Of a stretch of DNA of 64,000 nt, positions 8,173-17,362 are shown one piece after another. The notes beneath the pieces are model-generated. The model made no database searches, had not been told where the DNA came from, and saw only the letters and a program-made list of their open reading frames with translations. Both the position numbers and the translations under genes were made by a program. The DNA is from Patescibacteria group bacterium (GTDB lineage: Bacteria; Patescibacteriota; Minisyncoccia; Moranbacterales; DUUL01), in assembly GCA_034658815.1 (NCBI GenBank), contig JAYEFY010000030.1:3337-67336 (forward strand). The letters run 5' to 3'. Each line of letters begins with the position of its first letter. The stretch's first letter is position 1.

Positions 8173-10383
8173 ATGCAGTATATTTTTGCAATTTCAGGGC
8201 TAATAAATGCTATAGCTGCAATATTTTTCAGTTCCCTTATTGTTATTAAAAATAAAAAGGGTGCTGTCAACAAATTATGTCTTTCACTCACTGTAGCAAC
8301 GGCTTTTTGGTCGTTTTTTTACTGGCGATGGCTCTTGGTTTACAATGATGAGCAGAACGCCTTATTTTTTGTTAGACTTTTATCAATTGGTTCCACATTC
8401 TTACCAATAATATTTTTTCATTGGATCCTGACCCTGCTTGAAATAAAAAGAAAGAAAGTATTGATTTTCTATTACTTCCTTACTTTTTTTTACAGCCTAT
8501 TTTTTTTCTCAGATTTATTTATAAAAGGAGTTGAGCCAAAACTAGCTTTTTCTTTTTGGCCAGTTCCAGGTCCAATTTATGATTGTTACTTGATTACTCA
8601 TTACGGAGTTTTACTCTTTTACGCTTTTATTCTTTTGATAAAAGGCTATAAAAAATTCAGTGGGATCAAAAAATTGCAAATAAGATACGTACTGCTTGGT
8701 TCTGTGCTTGGGTTTGGGGGCGGAGCAACAAATTTTTTTCTATGGTATGATATTTCAATACCTCCATTTGGAAACTTTTTTGTTGTCTGCTACATTTTTT
8801 CATTTACCTACGCAATCATTCAACATAGGTTTATGAGTATTCGATTATTGATGAGTAAGGTTTACGTGACACTCATTATTTCCATATGCGCCTATATTTT
8901 ATTTCAAGCGTTTATATATCTCTACTTTCTTTTCATTTCCTTGCATTTGGGACAGATTCAGGTAATCACAATTGAATTTTTTATTGCGTTTATCGTAGCT
9001 GTTTTACTCATTCCATTCTTGAACTATATTCAAAAGTCAAGCGACTATCTTTTTTTTCGAAAAGGCAATCCGTCAACAATGATAAAAAACGTTTCATTGA
9101 AATTGAGTAGTGCCATTGACATGAAACAGCTCTTGTTTCTTTTGAATGCGGAATTCAAGAAAATAATCGGCACCGAGTTTATTTCAATTATTTATACAAC
9201 CCGAAAAACAAGTAGAAGGGCGAGAAAACAAGAACTTATCACGTTCAAAAAAAATGTTCTGAAAACAGTGCCAATAGACAAAGAAAGCAGCCTAATAAAT
9301 TATTTGCTTAAAGGAAGGAAAGTATTTGTTATTGATGAAATTAATGATAGTAATAGTAAGAGTGATATGGAACTTCTCTGGGAACTTAAAAGATATAACG
9401 CGCACATTATTGCTCCGATCGAATCACGCGGAAAGATTATGGGAGCAATTATTTTTGGGCCTAAAATGACTCGGAATGCCTACACGAAAGAAGATATTGA
9501 ATTCATTGAAATAGTGAGTTTTCAAGCGGGAACCACCATTGAAAGCGCGTATTTATATCAGGAAATTAAAAATTTTAATATTCATTTAAAGCGGGAAATT
9601 AAGAAAGCGACAACAGACCTGAAAGCCGCTAATAAGAAACTTATTATTGCATACGAAAAGTTGCACAAGCTTGATCGTGCGAAGTCAGAATTTCTTTCCA
9701 TTGCATCGCATCAATTACGTACGCCGCTTACTTCAATAAAAGGATTTACTTCACTTTTACTTGAAGGCTCATATGGAAAAATCTCAAAAGAAGTAAAGGA
9801 AGTCCTTGAAAAGATATTTTTATCAAATGAACGGCTTGTTCAATTAGTGGAAGATCTGCTTAACATCTCTCGCATTGAATCAGGCAGATTTGTCCTTGAA
9901 CTGAAAAAAAATAATATTTCCAATCTTCTTAAAGGTATTGTCGATTCTTTCGTAATATCGGCTAAATCGAAAAATATTTCGCTTAAATTAATACTTCCAA
10001 AGAAAAAAATCAGAGACTTTTATTTTGACAGCGGCAAGATTCAAGAGGTCATCTCGAATTTTATTGATAACGCGTTAAAATACTCCCAAAGCGGAACCAT
10101 AGCCATTGAGGCGAAAAATATGAAAGATGTAGTTAGAATAGCTGTAACTGACAATGGGCGCGGAATTCTAAATGACGAACTCAGGTACATTTTTGAGAAA
10201 TTCCAGCGCGGTAAAGACGTAAATCAAATTCACACTGAAGGAATTGGACTGGGACTGTATGTCTGCAAAGTAGTCATTAAAGCGCATAAGGGTAAAATTT
10301 GGGCTGAATCAAGGGGCGCCGGGAAAGGCAGTACATTTTTATTCGAACTGAAAAAAGGACTAAAACCAAAAGATATAAAATAA
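8173..10383 (+). CDS. membrane sensor histidine kinase (multi-TM N-domain, GAF-like, HisKA, HATPase)
   Basis: About 7 N-terminal TM helices. H-box SEFLSIASHQLRTPLTSIKG. N/G boxes NALKYS, DNGRGI and GIGLGL. Confidence 0.8.
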   Translation: MQYIFAISGLINAIAAIFFSSLIVIKNKKGAVNKLCLSLTVATAFWSFFYWRWLLVYNDEQNALFFVRLLSIGSTFLPIIFFHWILTLLEIKRKKVLIFYYFLTFFYSLFFFSDLFIKGVEPKLAFSFWPVPGPIYDCYLITHYGVLLFYAFILLIKGYKKFSGIKKLQIRYVLLGSVLGFGGGATNFFLWYDISIPPFGNFFVVCYIFSFTYAIIQHRFMSIRLLMSKVYVTLIISICAYILFQAFIYLYFLFISLHLGQIQVITIEFFIAFIVAVLLIPFLNYIQKSSDYLFFRKGNPSTMIKNVSLKLSSAIDMKQLLFLLNAEFKKIIGTEFISIIYTTRKTSRRARKQELITFKKNVLKTVPIDKESSLINYLLKGRKVFVIDEINDSNSKSDMELLWELKRYNAHIIAPIESRGKIMGAIIFGPKMTRNAYTKEDIEFIEIVSFQAGTTIESAYLYQEIKNFNIHLKREIKKATTDLKAANKKLIIAYEKLHKLDRAKSEFLSIASHQLRTPLTSIKGFTSLLLEGSYGKISKEVKEVLEKIFLSNERLVQLVEDLLNISRIESGRFVLELKKNNISNLLKGIVDSFVISAKSKNISLKLILPKKKIRDFYFDSGKIQEVISNFIDNALKYSQSGTIAIEAKNMKDVVRIAVTDNGRGILNDELRYIFEKFQRGKDVNQIHTEGIGLGLYVCKVVIKAHKGKIWAESRGAGKGSTFLFELKKGLKPKDIK

Positions 10384-10467
10384 GTACCGACGGTTTATTT
10401 ATTGACTGCCAATTATTTTTATCAGAGTGTCGATTGACTGGAAGTTGGCGGCTTGGCTGACTATAAT

Positions 10468-10491
10468 AAAACCAGGCATAGGCCTGGTTTT
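10468..10491. terminator. bidirectional rho-independent terminator (9-bp stem AAACCAGGC/GCCTGGTTT)
   Basis: Perfect hairpin with flanking A and T runs. It lies between the kinase 3' end and the tRNA-Lys 3' end. Confidence 0.55.
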
Positions 10492-10497
10492 ACGGCG

Positions 10498-10571
10498 TAG
10501 GTGCAGAGGGAATCGAACCCCCGACCTTCAGCTTAAAAGGCTGTTGCTCTACCTAGCTGAGCTATGCACCC
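10498..10571 (-). tRNA. tRNA-Lys (anticodon UUU)
   Basis: Manual cloverleaf. Acceptor GGGTGCA/TGCACCT with a G1-U72 wobble. D-arm GCTC..GAGC. Anticodon stem CAGC/GCTG with loop CTTTTAA. T-arm GGGGG-TTCGATT-CCCTC. Discriminator A. No encoded CCA. Confidence 0.85.
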
Positions 10572-10841
10572 GAATAAAATTCAAAATTTGAATATCAAAA
10601 TGCAATATGCCGAATAAATGATAACAATTAGGCGAAGTTGGAAACTGCCTGGCACCCGAATAAAATAAAGATAATCCAAAACAACCCATTCTTCATTGTA
10701 CTATAACTTGCGGAAACGTCAATGGAAACGTATAATAGAACTATTCCAAAGCCAACTCTCCCATTCCAAGCTGCTGCCGTTACAGCTTGGAAACACAGTT
10801 CAATGGCGTAGAAAAAGACTTAAACAAATAACTCGAAATAA

Positions 10842-12095
10842 GTGAAGATAAAAAAAATTAAAGCTCATGAAATTCTTGATTCCAGGGGGAATCCAACCGT
10901 TGAGACAACTGTTGTTCTTGAAAGCGGCATAAAAGCAAAAGCGGCTGTGCCATCGGGAGCTTCAATAGGAACAAAAGAAGCCAAGGAGATTCGTGACGGT
11001 GATCAAAACCGTTTTGGCGGAAAAGGTGTTCTTAAAGCGTGCCAAAACGTGGATAGTGTGATCACTCCCGCTTTAATAGATAAAAATGCTGAGGATCAAG
11101 TGGAAATTGACAAAAGAATGCTTCAACTTGATGGAACCGAAAACAAAGAAAAATTAGGAGCAAACGCGATTCTTTCCGTTTCCCTTGCCGTAGCCCGCGC
11201 CGCGGCGGCAAGGAAGAACATACCTCTTTGGAAGCATATTGTTGATGCATTTTCACTTGATCGTAATATTTCATTTCCCATTCCGGGATTTAATGTTATC
11301 AATGGAGGCGCCCATTCAGATAGCGGGCTGGATATTCAAGAATATATGGTCTTGCCTGTTGGACTTGATACATTTGAAAAGCGCTTTCAAGCCGGGTCTG
11401 AGATATACCACATTCTAAGGGAAAGTTTAAAAGAAAAAGGATATAGAGTTGCCATTGGCGACGAAGGAGGATTTGCGCCAAGATTGGAAACAAATCAAGA
11501 GGCATTACAAATAATCATTGGCGCGATAAATAAAAGTAATTATGAATTAGGCGGGGAAATAAAAACAGGTATTGACGCGGCGGCCAGTGAATTCTATGAT
11601 GCTGAAAATAAAACCTATGATCTCGCGCTTGACAAAAAAACGCGCAGCAATGATGATCTGCTGGAAATGCATGAATCGTGGATTGATGAATTTCATATGG
11701 AGGCTATCGAGGATCCAATGAGCGAATTTGATTGGGATGGCTGGATAAAGTGCAATAAGAGAATTGGAAAGAAGGTAGCGATAGTCGGGGATGATCTAAC
11801 AGTCACGAACAAAAAAATTATTCGAGAGGCGCACGAAAGAGACGCGATAAACACAGTTTTAATAAAAGCCAACCAAATCGGCTCATTAACGGAAACTATT
11901 GAAAGTATTAATACGGCTCGTGAGTTTGGCATGAAAATTTTCCTATCGCACCGAAGCGGAGAAACGATTGACGATTTTGTTTCGGATCTTGCGGTAGCGG
12001 TTGCAGCTGACTATGTAAAGTTCGGAGCTCCCGCGAGGGGAGAGCGAGTAAGTAAATACAATAGAATACTTGAAATAGAAAGGTCTCTTCAATAA
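10842..12095 (+). CDS. eno: enolase (GTG start)
   Basis: Canonical KIKKIKAHEILDSRGNPTVE N-terminus with enolase signature blocks throughout. Confidence 0.95.
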   Translation: MKIKKIKAHEILDSRGNPTVETTVVLESGIKAKAAVPSGASIGTKEAKEIRDGDQNRFGGKGVLKACQNVDSVITPALIDKNAEDQVEIDKRMLQLDGTENKEKLGANAILSVSLAVARAAAARKNIPLWKHIVDAFSLDRNISFPIPGFNVINGGAHSDSGLDIQEYMVLPVGLDTFEKRFQAGSEIYHILRESLKEKGYRVAIGDEGGFAPRLETNQEALQIIIGAINKSNYELGGEIKTGIDAAASEFYDAENKTYDLALDKKTRSNDDLLEMHESWIDEFHMEAIEDPMSEFDWDGWIKCNKRIGKKVAIVGDDLTVTNKKIIREAHERDAINTVLIKANQIGSLTETIESINTAREFGMKIFLSHRSGETIDDFVSDLAVAVAADYVKFGAPARGERVSKYNRILEIERSLQ

Positions 12096-12096
12096 C

Positions 12097-13659
12097 ATGA
12101 ATAAGAAAAAAAATCCGATTATTTTCACGATTTTGGATGGTTGGGGAGTGGGTCCAAAAGATAAGGGCATTAATGCCATCGAGGCAGCCAGAACGCCCTT
12201 TTTTGATGATACTGTTGCTAACTGCCCATATACTCAATTGAGCGCGACAGGCATTGATGTCGGGCTGGAGAAGAATCAAATGAGCGGGTCTGAGTCAGGG
12301 CATCTTAATATTGGCGCGGGAAGAATTGTTGAACAAGACGTAAGAATTATTTTGGAAGCAATTGGCAATGAATCATTTTTTAAAAATTCGGCTTTTCTGG
12401 GTGCTGTCCGCCATATGCGGCATTATAATTCAAATATTCATCTGATGGGGCTGCTTGGAAACGAAGACAGTCCTCACGCGCATCCGGATATATTGCTTGC
12501 GCTTCTCATATTTTTGAAAAGACATGGATTAAGCAAGCGTGTTTTTCTGCATTTTTTTACTGATGGAAGAGATTCATATCCAAAAAGCGCCCTTGAACAT
12601 TGGAAATTGTGGAAAGAATTATTAAATGACAAGAAAATTGCAAAGTGCGCAACGGTTTGTGGAAGATTTTACGCCATGGATAGGGTAAAAAACTGGGATA
12701 GATTGCTCAAAGCTTATAACGCAATGGTCAATGGAGAAGGCGAGCGATACGCTCAATTCGAAGATGTTGTTAAAGCAAATTACAAGAAAGGAAAGTTTGA
12801 TGAATATATTGAACCTTCGATTTTAACTGAAAACGGGAAACCTGTTGCCGCGATCACTGATAATGACGCGATCATATTCTTTAATTTTCGCTCAGATAGA
12901 GCGCGGCAAATATCCAAGCTCTTTGTGGGGACGAACACCAAAAAAGAGAAAGGATTTCCGAAAATACCAAAACTCAAGAACTTGTTTTTTGTCGCGATGA
13001 CTAATTTTGGGCCTGACTTGAATCTGGAAACGGCTTTTCGATCGAATCCGCTGGCCGGAACATTACCGGTTGCCTTATCAAGTTTAAGACAACTCTACAT
13101 TGCGGAAACTGAAAAGTTTGCGCATGTGACATATTTTATTAATGGCGGATACGCGGATGCTGTTGGAAGAGAAGATCGTATAATGGTTCGTTCGCCGATT
13201 GTGAGATCATACGCTGAAAAACCTGAAATGTCAGCCGGTGATATTACCGATGTAATTATAAAAAGCATACGTCATGACATATATGATGCCATTGTTGTTA
13301 ATTACGCGAATACTGATATGGTAGGACATACAGGTAATTTTAAGGCAGTTGTTCAGGCGGTTGAATGCGTTGATAAACAGCTGATACGGCTGTCCAAAGC
13401 GCTTAAGAACAAAGATGGCACTCTTGTTATTTCCGCTGATCACGGGAACGCTGATATAATGATAGATAAACAGACGCAAAAAGTATTTACTTTTCATACA
13501 AAGAATCCTGTTCCTTTTGTTATTATTTCCAGCCGGAAAGAAATGAAAAAAAAGAAGCTTCAAAGCGGAGGAGTGCTTGGAAATATCGCACCGACAATTC
13601 TTGATCTGCTCGATCTTCCAAAGCCAAAAGAAATGAACAAAGAGTCGTTAATTAATTAA
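12097..13659 (+). CDS. gpmI: 2,3-bisphosphoglycerate-independent phosphoglycerate mutase
   Basis: iPGM N-terminus IIFTILDGWGVG and metal-binding blocks. It starts 1 nt after the eno stop. Confidence 0.9.
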   Translation: MNKKKNPIIFTILDGWGVGPKDKGINAIEAARTPFFDDTVANCPYTQLSATGIDVGLEKNQMSGSESGHLNIGAGRIVEQDVRIILEAIGNESFFKNSAFLGAVRHMRHYNSNIHLMGLLGNEDSPHAHPDILLALLIFLKRHGLSKRVFLHFFTDGRDSYPKSALEHWKLWKELLNDKKIAKCATVCGRFYAMDRVKNWDRLLKAYNAMVNGEGERYAQFEDVVKANYKKGKFDEYIEPSILTENGKPVAAITDNDAIIFFNFRSDRARQISKLFVGTNTKKEKGFPKIPKLKNLFFVAMTNFGPDLNLETAFRSNPLAGTLPVALSSLRQLYIAETEKFAHVTYFINGGYADAVGREDRIMVRSPIVRSYAEKPEMSAGDITDVIIKSIRHDIYDAIVVNYANTDMVGHTGNFKAVVQAVECVDKQLIRLSKALKNKDGTLVISADHGNADIMIDKQTQKVFTFHTKNPVPFVIISSRKEMKKKKLQSGGVLGNIAPTILDLLDLPKPKEMNKESLIN

Positions 13660-13673
13660 ATAAATTAACACGC

Positions 13674-14684
13674 GTGAAAAAAATAATTTGCATAGGATCC
13701 GTGACCAGGGATATCTTTATTTCGCTAAAAGAAACAAAGATCATTGATACTCCGGAAGATCTCACATCCAAACAACTCATGGGATTTGAGTTTGGCGCGA
13801 AGATATACGCTGACGACTTTAGGGAAGAAGTGGGGGGAAGCGCGGTTAATATTGGATTTGGAATGTTGTTGTGCGGCATAAAGCCTTTTGTGTTTTCAAG
13901 GACATCAAAATCGGAATCCGGAAAATGGATCTTAAAACAAATAGGGAAAATGAAGCTGAAAAAAAATTACATGCAGCGAAACGGTCGAAAAGAAAGCGAA
14001 ACTTCGGTTATTTTAACAGACAAAAAACACAAGGATCATGTTATTTTCAGAACCGGTGATTCGGTTGAATTGTTTGATGTGAAAAAAGCATTAAAAAAAT
14101 TCAGAGAAAAAGTTGATCTTATTTATGTTGGATCTCAAAAAACGGGATGGAACGAGAATTTTTTGGCGATCATTGAATTTGCCGGTAATAAAAAGGCTCC
14201 AGTCGCGTTTAATCCGTCAAGCTACCAAATAGAAAACGATGCCGAAAAGATCGTTAAATTTTTATCCGGTGTTAAGGTACTGCTTGTCAATAAAGACGAG
14301 GCGATTGAACTGGTGAGAAATGTTAACGGTAAAGCCAGTAACGACGTTGCGTATTTAAGCAATCAACTTCTTGGCAAAGGATGCGAAATTGTTGTCATTA
14401 CCGATGGATCGCGGGGCGCGTATGCCGCGGATGACAAAGATCTTTTTCACATTCCAACAAAAACCGTGAAAGTTGTTGATACGGTGGGAGCCGGGGATGC
14501 TTTTGCAAGCGGGTTTTTGTCATCTTTACTGAAAGATAATGATCTTAAAATGTCCCTTGTTTGGGGAGTTGTGAATAGCGCCGGAGCAGTTTCTAAATGC
14601 GGGGCAACAAAAGGTCTTTTAACCGAAAAAGAATTAAGAAACGCGGGAAAGAAACACTTAGGATCAATAAGTAAACTCAGATAA
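13674..14684 (+). CDS. PfkB-family carbohydrate kinase (ribokinase-like; substrate unknown)
   Basis: PfkB signature DTVGAGDAFASGFL. GTG start. Confidence 0.7.
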   Translation: MKKIICIGSVTRDIFISLKETKIIDTPEDLTSKQLMGFEFGAKIYADDFREEVGGSAVNIGFGMLLCGIKPFVFSRTSKSESGKWILKQIGKMKLKKNYMQRNGRKESETSVILTDKKHKDHVIFRTGDSVELFDVKKALKKFREKVDLIYVGSQKTGWNENFLAIIEFAGNKKAPVAFNPSSYQIENDAEKIVKFLSGVKVLLVNKDEAIELVRNVNGKASNDVAYLSNQLLGKGCEIVVITDGSRGAYAADDKDLFHIPTKTVKVVDTVGAGDAFASGFLSSLLKDNDLKMSLVWGVVNSAGAVSKCGATKGLLTEKELRNAGKKHLGSISKLR

Positions 14685-14690
14685 ATATAC

Positions 14691-16757
14691 ATGAAAAAAA
14701 TATTCGAACCTAAAACGATTGCTATTGTCGGAGCCTCATCATTAAAGGGAAAGATCGGGAATATATTAATGAAGAATCTTCAGCAGAATAATTCTCTGAA
14801 ATTGTATCCTGTTAATATCAAAAGGCCGCGAGTAATGGGAATTAAAGCGTATCCATCCGTTATGGATATTAAAAATAAAGTCGACATAGCGATCATAGCG
14901 GTACCGGCCATGTTTGTTGGGAAGATCGTAGAAGAATGCGCGTGTTGCACGCACCCGATACAAAATATTATTATTATTTCCGCCGGATTTTCTGAGATTG
15001 GAGAGAAAGGCAGGGAACGGGAAAAAAAGATCATAAAATTAGCCGATAAATACAAGCTTAATATTATCGGTCCGAATTGTCTTGGAGTGGTTAATACTCA
15101 CTATGGGCTTAACGCGTCTTTTGCAAAACGCGATATTCCGAAAGGAAAGATCGGTTTTATCGCGCAATCAGGAGCGCTTACGACAGCTCTTTTTGATTTG
15201 CTTAAGGAACACGGGCTGGGGTTTTCACTTGTTGCGACACTTGGCAATAAAGCTAATGTTGATGAGAATGATTTTATTGAATTTTTTGCCAGTGACCCGG
15301 AAACTAAAATTATCGCGCTTTACCTTGAGGATATTACCGACGGAAAACGTTTTGCGGCCATTATTAACAAAATATCACGCAGAAAACCGATTGTCATTAT
15401 TAAGGCCGGCTCATCCAAAAAAGCTCAGCTGGCGATTCAATCGCACACCGGCGCAATGGCTGGAAATGCCGATATTATTCAAGAAGTCATTAAAGATAAC
15501 GGAGGGATAATTTGCAATAATCTTCCCGATTTTGTCGGAATACTAAAATTGTTAAATGGCTTTAAGCGTCCTTTGAACAAAAACACTGTTTTTATTACCA
15601 ATGCGGGAGGACCGGGTGTCATAGCAACGGATCTTACGGAAAGCCGGGAAGACGTGTCGCTTTACACTTTTTCAGAAAAAGAGAAGAATGCGTTAAAAAA
15701 ATATCTTCCGGCTGAAAGTTCCGTTGAAAATCCTGTTGATGTGCTCGGTGACGCGATGGAGGACAGATACAAAAACATCTTTCATGAATGCGCCAAATTC
15801 AAAAAGATCGGATCAGTTTGCGTGATCGTTACTCCACAAGCGCAAACACCAATTAGCCGCATTGCAAGCGAAATTAGCGCTGCAAATAGGAAATACAATA
15901 TTCCTTTTGTGCCAATCGTTATTGGCGGGGAAGCGTATCATCAGGCAACATCAGTATTGAACAAGTACGGCCATAGCTCTTTTATTTTCCCTTATCAAGC
16001 AATTCGATCATTATCCAAATATATAAAATACGCGGATGACATTAAAAGAGATAAAAAGATCATTATAAAAGAATTGCCGGCTAGATCCGGCGGCTTGATA
16101 GAAAAATTAAAAAAAGAACGGAGAGCAGTGCTTTTATATGACGAAGCTCGCTCAATCGGCGAAGAATACAAACTCAACATTCTGTCCGCGAAAATTATTA
16201 GCGGCAAAGACGATGTAAAAAAAATAAACAGCGGATTTCCATTGGTGGCAAAAGTTGATAGTCCGAACATTCTTCATAAAAATGCCAAGGGCGGCCTGTC
16301 CTTGAATATATTGAATAGCAGGGAATTGATAAGAGAGTTTGATCGCTTGAAAAAACTTTTTAAAGATGATCAAGTTATTGTGCAAAAGCAGGTAGAACAA
16401 GGGCTGGAACTTATTATTGGCATAAAAAAAGATTCAGTATTTGGCCATATTTTGATGCTGGGTCTCGGAGGAGTGTTTACTGAAGCCCTTAATGTCAAGT
16501 GTTTATGGCTTCTTCCCGTAAGCCAAAAACAAATCGTCGAAAAAATTAGAAACTCTCCGCTCGCGAAAATAATCCATAAAAAGAAGATCAACATTTCAAG
16601 AATAGCGAAAGAAGCTGAAAAAGTTGGGAAAATTGTGCAAAAGCATGCCTATATCAACGAACTTGACGTGAATCCGATCATGATGTATCCGGACAAAAAA
16701 CCGGTCATTGTGGACATTAAAATTATTGTTGATATTAAGGGACTGCTATCAAACTAA
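14691..16757 (+). CDS. acetyl-CoA synthetase (ADP-forming), fused alpha/beta (NDP-forming acyl-CoA synthetase)
   Basis: N-terminal CoA-binding domain (IAIVGAS..). Succinyl-CoA-synthetase-like flavodoxin domain. C-terminal ATP-grasp. 688 aa. Confidence 0.8.
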   Translation: MKKIFEPKTIAIVGASSLKGKIGNILMKNLQQNNSLKLYPVNIKRPRVMGIKAYPSVMDIKNKVDIAIIAVPAMFVGKIVEECACCTHPIQNIIIISAGFSEIGEKGREREKKIIKLADKYKLNIIGPNCLGVVNTHYGLNASFAKRDIPKGKIGFIAQSGALTTALFDLLKEHGLGFSLVATLGNKANVDENDFIEFFASDPETKIIALYLEDITDGKRFAAIINKISRRKPIVIIKAGSSKKAQLAIQSHTGAMAGNADIIQEVIKDNGGIICNNLPDFVGILKLLNGFKRPLNKNTVFITNAGGPGVIATDLTESREDVSLYTFSEKEKNALKKYLPAESSVENPVDVLGDAMEDRYKNIFHECAKFKKIGSVCVIVTPQAQTPISRIASEISAANRKYNIPFVPIVIGGEAYHQATSVLNKYGHSSFIFPYQAIRSLSKYIKYADDIKRDKKIIIKELPARSGGLIEKLKKERRAVLLYDEARSIGEEYKLNILSAKIISGKDDVKKINSGFPLVAKVDSPNILHKNAKGGLSLNILNSRELIREFDRLKKLFKDDQVIVQKQVEQGLELIIGIKKDSVFGHILMLGLGGVFTEALNVKCLWLLPVSQKQIVEKIRNSPLAKIIHKKKINISRIAKEAEKVGKIVQKHAYINELDVNPIMMYPDKKPVIVDIKIIVDIKGLLSN

Positions 16758-16795
16758 TTCCCGCCGAAAGCAGATAACAATTAAAATATCAATCA

Positions 16796-17362
16796 ATGGA
16801 ATCTAAAAAAAATAAAATACTTCTTGTTGATGACGATGAAGATATCCGTACGATGTATGCAAACTTGCTGCGCGAAAATAGTTTTGAGGTGATTGAAGCA
16901 AAGGACGGAGTTGAGGGGCTTGATTTGGCGGCAAGCAGTGAAGGAGTCGATCTTATTTTTACTGGGATCATAATGCCGAGAATGGACGGGTTTCAATTGA
17001 TCCAATCGTTAAAAGAATACACAAGCACCGCTAACATCCCGGTAATTGTGAGTTCTCATTTGGGAAGGGAAGAAGATCGAAAGCATATGGATAAACTCGG
17101 GGTAAAAGATTTTATTGTTCAGGGAATGACAACGCCTGCCGAAGTCATCAAGCGTATTTTACAGGCAATCAGGCACGGAGAGTATGATCTTGGAATAAAT
17201 CCTCTTGAATTTGACGGGCAGCGTTTCATTGAGGACTATAATTTTTCTCCGGAAATGAAATGCGAGAACTGTGGAAGCGAATTGGCGCTTAATATAAAAT
17301 ATTATAACGATAAAGTTTTTAAAGCTTACGTCCATTGTCCGAATTGCCAAAGAAAATATTAA
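16796..17362 (+). CDS. response-regulator receiver protein with C-terminal C4 zinc-ribbon
   Basis: REC domain (ILLVDDDED, phospho-acceptor Asp context, KxxG). The C-terminus CENCGSE..CPNCQRKY replaces a DNA-binding output domain. Confidence 0.7.
   Translation: MESKKNKILLVDDDEDIRTMYANLLRENSFEVIEAKDGVEGLDLAASSEGVDLIFTGIIMPRMDGFQLIQSLKEYTSTANIPVIVSSHLGREEDRKHMDKLGVKDFIVQGMTTPAEVIKRILQAIRHGEYDLGINPLEFDGQRFIEDYNFSPEMKCENCGSELALNIKYYNDKVFKAYVHCPNCQRKY

Noticed and set aside
10566-10666. 15-bp direct repeat as phage att site at tRNA-Lys
   Set aside because: The repeat covers the tRNA 5' end, not the 3' end, and there is no integrase or foreign block between the copies. Kept only as a low-interest note.
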